Assembly (NCBI GenBank): GCA_014905635.1
Contig: JABVCE010000014.1
Coordinates: 806,001 to 870,000 of the forward strand
DNA: 64,000 bases
From: Scenedesmus sp. PABB004
Taxonomy: Eukaryota
Direction: 5' to 3'
Part shown: in pieces, positions 58,501 to 64,000 of the stretch
Layout of the letters: every line of letters begins with the position of its first letter
How positions within the stretch are numbered: the stretch's first letter is position 1
Program-made: the position numbers and the translations under genes
Notes under the pieces: model-generated
What the model was told of the DNA's origin: nothing
What the model saw: the letters and a program-made list of their open reading frames with translations, nothing else
Databases searched by the model: none

Positions 58501-61500
58501 CAGGTCGCGCACGCCGCGCAGGTGATGACCTTGCACTCGCCCAGCGGGCTGCACGTGTCGGCGCCGGTCGCGGCGTCGCAGGTGCAGAACGCGGCGCCCG
58601 CGACGTAGCTGCAGACCTCGCCCGCGGTCGCATTGCAGGCGCGGTCCGCGTCGCAGGTGCCGTTGGGCTTGGCCGCGCCGGCTGCCGACACGCCGGGCAC
58701 GAGCGCGGCGAGGCCGTTGGTGGAGCAGAGCGTGAGGTTGGCGAAGTACACGCTGCTCTCGTTGGCGGTGCGGTTGGCGCCGACGAGGCAGTCGCCCGCG
58801 ATGGCCGGCGCCGCGTCGGCGTCGCAGCCGGCGGGCCCCATCTCGCCGCACACCCACGCGGGGCGCTTGCCGAGGTTGCCGTTGTAGCTCGCGTCGACCT
58901 GGAAGCGCAGCGACGCGCAGCTCGCCGCCGGCGCGCCCAGGGAGAGGCAGCGCTCCTGGACGGACGCCGCGACGGCGGTCGCGTTGGTCGTCGCCGCGTG
59001 CGCGGCCGCGAGGGACCGCATGGCGGTGAAGCACGACCGGCACTTGGTGCAGGGGGTGTCGACGCAGGTCCAGACGTCGTAGCACGCGTCGGCGCCGGTC
59101 GACGCGTTGCAGACGCACTTGATCGCCGCGCGCGCCGCGCCCCGCACGCTGCCGCACTCCTGGCTGGAGTTGGTGCAGCCGACCGTGAGCGCCGGGTTGG
59201 TCGCGTTGAGCTTGCACATGCCGGCGGTGAGGTTGAAGTTGGCCGGGACGGTGTTGGGCGGCCGCGTGCTGGCCGCGGCGCCGGTGCCCTGCACGGTGCA
59301 GACGTCGAGCGTGCCCGCGGGCACGGCGGCCGACGCGAGGCTGCAGCTCGACTCAAACTGGGTGACGTTGCACGCGCCGAGCGCGCGGCAGATCGCGCCG
59401 GCGCGCTTGCCCGCGTTGACCTCGTTGCCGGTGCTCGCCGCGATGGCGTCGCGCACGCGCTCGCAGTCGCCCGCGGCGTAGGTCTTGGCGCACTCGGTGT
59501 AGAAGAGCGCCGCGACGTAGGGGGCGTCGGTCGCGTTGAGCAGCGGCGCCGCAAACGCGGTCATCGTCGACAGGCAGGCGCGGCAGCCGATGCAGGGCAG
59601 GCCGGTGAAGAGCGGGATGGTCGCCTGCTCCGCGGCGTTGGCAAACGGCGCCGGCGCGGGCACCGGGTTTTGCGGCGTCACCGGGGGCCGCGTCGTGGCG
59701 GAGGCGTTGAACGCAGCGAGGTACGGCACCGCGAGGTCGGCCGTCGTGAGCGTGCGGGCGACGGTGCAGTCCATCGCCGCGTACGCGGGCAGGCCGTCCT
59801 GGGGGTTGGCCGTCACGCTGCCGACGCGGCAGCTGAGCGTGCCCGGGGCGGCGTCGGAGACCGCGACGCGCACGTCGGTGCCGCGCGGCACGGGGACGGC
59901 GCCGTTGAGCAGGCGGATGGAGTAGGTGACCGTGGAGCCGGCCTTGGGCATGGTCACGTTGCTCACTGCGTGGCGGGCGCGGCGGGGCGACGGCGCGGCG
60001 CGCGTGAGCGCGGCGCGCTGGCTGCGCGCAGCCGGCCGCGCGCCGCCGCGCCTCTGCACCGCGCTGCGCCGCGCGCCGCTGTGCCTCTGCACCGCGCTGC
60101 GCCAGCGCCGCGCCATTGCCGCGCCATGCCACGCACCGATCTCAAAGCCGTTGGCCGAGAACGACGGCGTCACGGTCAGGGAGGGCGTGGTGAAGAGCGG
60201 CACGGGGGTGAGGCTGATCATCGCCGCGTACGCGGCGTTGACCGGGCTGGACGTGCTGGCCTGGACGTCAAACGACTTGAGCACCGCGGCCGCGATGTCG
60301 CTGGCGGTCACGACGTCGTCGTGGTAGCACACGAGCGCCGTCTTGGCCGGCAGCGGGAGGCTGCTGTTCCACGCCGCGCCGGCCTGGGTGCTGAGCGCGC
60401 AGGCGTCGGGCGTGACCGCGGGCGGGACCGCGGGGCGGCCGGTCACGTTGACGAGGGCGAGGCCCGAGTTGGCGGCCACCGCGGCGTCGCCGTTGACCAG
60501 CATGATCACGCGGCGCACGGTGCCGTTGAGCTTGGCCATGGGGGCGCCGTTGACTGCACGCCGGGGGGCGGGGCCGGGCGCGCAGGGCGGCGGCGGCGCG
60601 GGCGGCAGGTTGGCGGGGCAAGGCGGGGCGTGGCGGGGCAGTGCTGCGAGCAGGGGAGCGCTGCCGCCCGCCAGCCAGACCCGCTGGCGGCCGGCTCCAC
60701 CAGCCGCGCGCCGCGCGCCGCGCGCCGCGCGCTGCGTGCGGGGCGCTCACCCATTGCGTAGAGGGTGCCGTCGTCGGCCGCGTTGAGGGGGTTGACCACG
60801 GCCTTCTGCATAAGGAACGCGCCCGCGCGCTGCACCAGGATCTCCCTGTAGCCGAAGCGGTTGGTCGCGGGCGGCGTGGGCGCGTACTGCGCGTACGCCG
60901 TGGACGCGCCCGCGGGCTTGACCAGCACCCTGACGCCGAGCGGCGCGATGCGGCCGGCCGACTTGTGCGTCGCGGTGACGGTGAAGTCAAAGGTGCAGAC
61001 CACGGTCGCCTGGGCCGGCAGGTCGGCGGCGCGCACCGCCTCGAGGCCAAACGCGCCGCCGCCGGAGGTGCAGGCGAGCGCGCCGGCGGTGCCGGTCGGC
61101 GGCGGCGCGACGGCGGTGGTGTCAAAGTCAAACTTGACGAACGAGGCCGCCGGGATGGCCAGCGCGCCATTCTTGAACGTGATGGTGAAGGTAAGCTTGG
61201 AGTCCTGGCTCGGCACCTTGTCGCCGTCGACTGCAGCGGCGGCGGGGCGCGGGCGCGGGCGGCGCGGCGGGGCGGGCGAGGCGCGACGCGTGAGGCGCTG
61301 CCGGCACGGCGCGGGAGCGCAGCTGCTGCTGGGCGGCAGCGCAGGGCCGCCGCCGCTCGCGCGCGCCTCACCGTCGACGAAGTGCGTGCCGGCCGTGTTG
61401 GTGGTCGCCGCCATCGCGTGGCTCACGGCCAGCGTGGGGTCGGTGAGCAGGCTGGTGGGCGGCACGGCGATGCTCGCGCCGGCCGTCGCGTCGGCGACCG

Positions 61501-64000
61501 CGCCGCGCATGAGCGCGACGTTGAACCCCGGCAGCGCCGCGCCGGGCAGGTGGCTGTCTGCCACGCGCGCGGTGAAGGTGCAGACGAGCACCGCGTTGGC
61601 GGACAGGTTGGACATCGCGGGGTTGAACGCCGCGCCGCCGGCGGTGCATGGCGCGAGCGGGTTGGGCAGGACGAGCGGGAACGCCGCATCGAGCGGCGCG
61701 CCGCTGAGCGCGAGGCTCATGTTGTCGGACGCGGGGATGGCGGCGTCGCCGTTGACGAGCGTGATGGTGTAGACCACCGCGCCGCCCGCGCGGGCGAGCT
61801 CGGCGTCGCCGACTGCACGGCGCGCGCGGCGCGGGCGGGGCGGGCACACGCGTGCGGTGGGGTCAGGGGGGCGGGGTCGGCGCGCGCGGCACGGGCGAAA
61901 CCCCACGGGCTGCGGCTGCTGCGCGCGCCGCGTCGGCTGCCGTTGGGTGCGGCGCGCCCGCAGCGCCGCACCCGTGCCGAAGAGGGAGGTGTTTGTCTTG
62001 ACCACGGCGGCGGCGGCGGCGAGCGTGGGCAGGCCGGTGTGCACGACAAAGTCGGGCACGGTGGCGTCGGGCACGGTGTATGCGGGGCCCAGGCCGGTGA
62101 AGGCGGCGTTCACGGTGAAGGCAGCGATCTTGCCGGCCGCCTTGTGCGCGGCGCTGACGACCATGCTCGCGGTGCAGGTCAGCACCTCGCCCGCGGCGAG
62201 CGCGGGCTCGGCGAGGATGGGCGTGGCCAGCGCCACGGCGGCGCCGCCGGCGCGCTTGCAGGCGAGGTCGGCCGGCGACGGCGTGAAGGCGAGCGCGGTG
62301 TTGTTGGGCACCGCCTTGGCGCCGTTGGTGAGCGTGAAGGTGTAGATGATCGTGGTGTTCTCCATGGCCAGCTTGCGGTCGCCGACTGCGCGTGGGCGCG
62401 GGCGGGCGGCGCGTGAGCGACAGGCGGACGGCGCGTGGCGCGCTGCCGCAGGCGCAGCCGCCAGCCGCCAGCGCGCGCGACTGCGCAGCAGGGCCGGGCC
62501 CGCCGCAGCCGCGCCGCGCGCGGGAGCGCACGCACCCTGGATGAACTGCGTGGAGTTGCTGGCGATGGCGGCCGAGGTCAGGGCGAGCGCGCCGCCGGTG
62601 AAGACGGGCACGGCCGCGATGCTGGCGGGCGCGACGAACGCCGCCTTGGAGGTCGCGAACGAGCCAAGCGTGGCGGCCGCGGCAAGGGCGGGGATCTCGC
62701 CGGCCGCCTGGTGCGCGGCGGTGACGACGATGGCAAAGGTGCAGGTGGCCGTGCCGGCCGCGGCCAGGCCGGTCCCGTCGAGCACAGAGCCCGAGGCGAA
62801 CGCGGTGCCGCCGGCCGCCGTACAGGTCACGGCGGGGAGCGGCGAGAGCGCGGCGCCGTCGGCCAGCGTGACCGCGACAGCGAGCGTGGTGGTGTTGGTG
62901 ATCGCGATGTCGCCGTTGGTCAGCGTGAGCGTGTACAACACGCTCGCGCCGACGGCGGGCAGCTTGCTTGCCGCGGTCCTTGTCAGGCCGGACACTGCGG
63001 GCGGCCGCGGGCGCGGGGGGGGGGGGGGCGCGGCGCGGCGGGGGTCGGCGCGGCGCGGCGCACATGGCCTGGCCGGCACAGCGGCGGTCTGCCGCGCTGC
63101 CAGCGCTGGCCAGGCGCTGCTGGCTGGGGCGCGGGCCGCCTGGCGGCAGCGTCGCGGCCGGTGCGCCGTGCGCGCAGCGCGCGCTCACCTGTGTAGGAGG
63201 TGCCGGTGACCGCAGGCTTGGCGGCGCCCGCCTCGGCCAGCGCCGCGCCGCTCCAGACCGGCACGGCCGCGATGCTGGTGGGCTTCACGCCCGCCGACTT
63301 GTCGGTGGCGTACGAGCCAAACTCAGCGGCCACGGTGAGCGCGGGGATGGCGCCGGCGGCCTGGTGCGTGGAGGTGACGGTGATGTCAAACGTGCACGTG
63401 ATGGCGGCGTCAACCGCCAGCGAGGTCGTGAGCGCGCCCGCAGCCATGCTGGAGCACGTGACAGCCGGCGTCGACGCGTCGCCGGTCACGGCCAGGGTGA
63501 GGCCGGTGTTGTTGGCCACCGCCTTTTTGCCGTTGGTCAGCGTGAGCGTGTAGGTGACGCTCGCGCCGACGGCGGGCAGCTTGCTCGCCGCGGTCCTCGT
63601 CAGGCCGGACGCTGCGGGCGAACGCGGGGCGGGGGGTCGGCGCGGCGCACGCGGCCAGGCCGGGCGCGGCGACGCGCTGCCAGCGCTGGCCAGGCACCGC
63701 AGGCCGGGGCCTCGCGCGGCCGGCGCGCGGCGCGCGCGGCGCGCTCACCCGTGTACGAGGTGCCGTTGACCGCAGGCTTGGTGGCCGACTCGGCCAGCGC
63801 CGCGCCGCTCCAGACCGGCACAGCCGCGATGCTGGCGGGGACCTTGACATACAGCGCCGGGTCAGCACCGCCACCAAAGGCAGCCGTCACGGTGAGCGCG
63901 GGGATCTCGCCGGCGGCCTGGTGCGCGGCCGTGACGGTGACGGCAAACGTGCAGGTGACGGTGGCGTTGGCGGCCAGGCTCACGCCGAGCGCAGCGCCCG
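49511..64000 (-). CDS. 3' portion of a giant type-I membrane protein: Ig-like (DUF11/DUF7507-like) repeats, 8 saposin-like + Cys-rich modules, PKD/REJ region, SEA-like region, one TM helix and a short tail; 5' end outside the window
   Basis: Continuous spliced frame apart from one break near 50635. REJ-like FDASLSKDASG...ASW and LDASGSSDADDP...LAVSWSC; RRLL motifs; TM VPAIVGGVVGGVGGALLVGGVAFFVV-RRRR; many N-x-T/S sequons. Confidence 0.85.
54960..59600 (-). repeat. Eight saposin-like protein repeats, each followed by an LDxCT linker and a small Cys-rich EGF-like module
   Basis: PCxxCxxC...C...C...GNLG.RAG.LC..LG.C at about 59595, 59055, 58520, 57826, 57310, 56645, 56020 and 55200. Confidence 0.8.
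59600..64000 (-). repeat. At least 8 tandem ~140-150 aa Ig-like repeats, roughly one per exon
   Basis: G..V.YT.TLTNG...L....T.TCTF...VT..H..AG.IP....A in exons bounded by phase-1 introns. The units at 62535-64000 are also similar at nucleotide level, including their introns. Confidence 0.85.

Noticed and set aside
1..64000. Hundreds of long Arg/Ala/Pro/Gly-rich ORFs in the six-frame track (e.g. 19346-23119, 30100-32964, 57723-60761)
   Set aside because: Expected from stop-codon scarcity at extreme GC. They are antisense or off-frame shadows, or read through the introns of the spliced genes.

Overview
Very GC-rich, intron-dense eukaryotic nuclear DNA from a chlorophyte green alga. Evidence: TGTAA poly(A) signals, GTGCG/GTGAG donors, GCAG acceptors, OPR and PPR genes and CCCTAAA telomere-type motifs; a Sphaeropleales/Selenastraceae-like origin is inference only. 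Most ORFs in the supplied track are GC-rich noise, so genes were rebuilt by hand across introns. About 20 genes: 5' end of an ABCG-like transporter, a PPR protein, two FAE1/KCS-type condensing enzymes, a selenocysteine glutathione peroxidase with a SECIS element, a small secreted protein, an OPR protein, small membrane proteins, the plastid ATP/ADP transporter, CFAP157-like and CFAP141-like ciliary genes, an intronic tRNA-Gly(GCC), a dCTP pyrophosphatase plus a degenerate paralogue fused to three zinc knuckles, a long-type phosphate acetyltransferase, an SPFH/HIR protein and the 3' part of a giant saposin-like/REJ/Ig-like membrane protein. Highlights: (1) a ~690-bp near-identical inverted repeat bracketing the KCS1-GPX block, which looks like a duplicated bidirectional promoter left by an inversion; (2) a Tat-signal selenoprotein GPX; (3) a MazG pseudo-enzyme/zinc-knuckle fusion near its active paralogue; (4) at least 14 GC-AG introns; (5) a low-GC island with telomere motifs and palindromes around the intronic tRNA. 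All family calls come from motif recognition by eye, without database searches.
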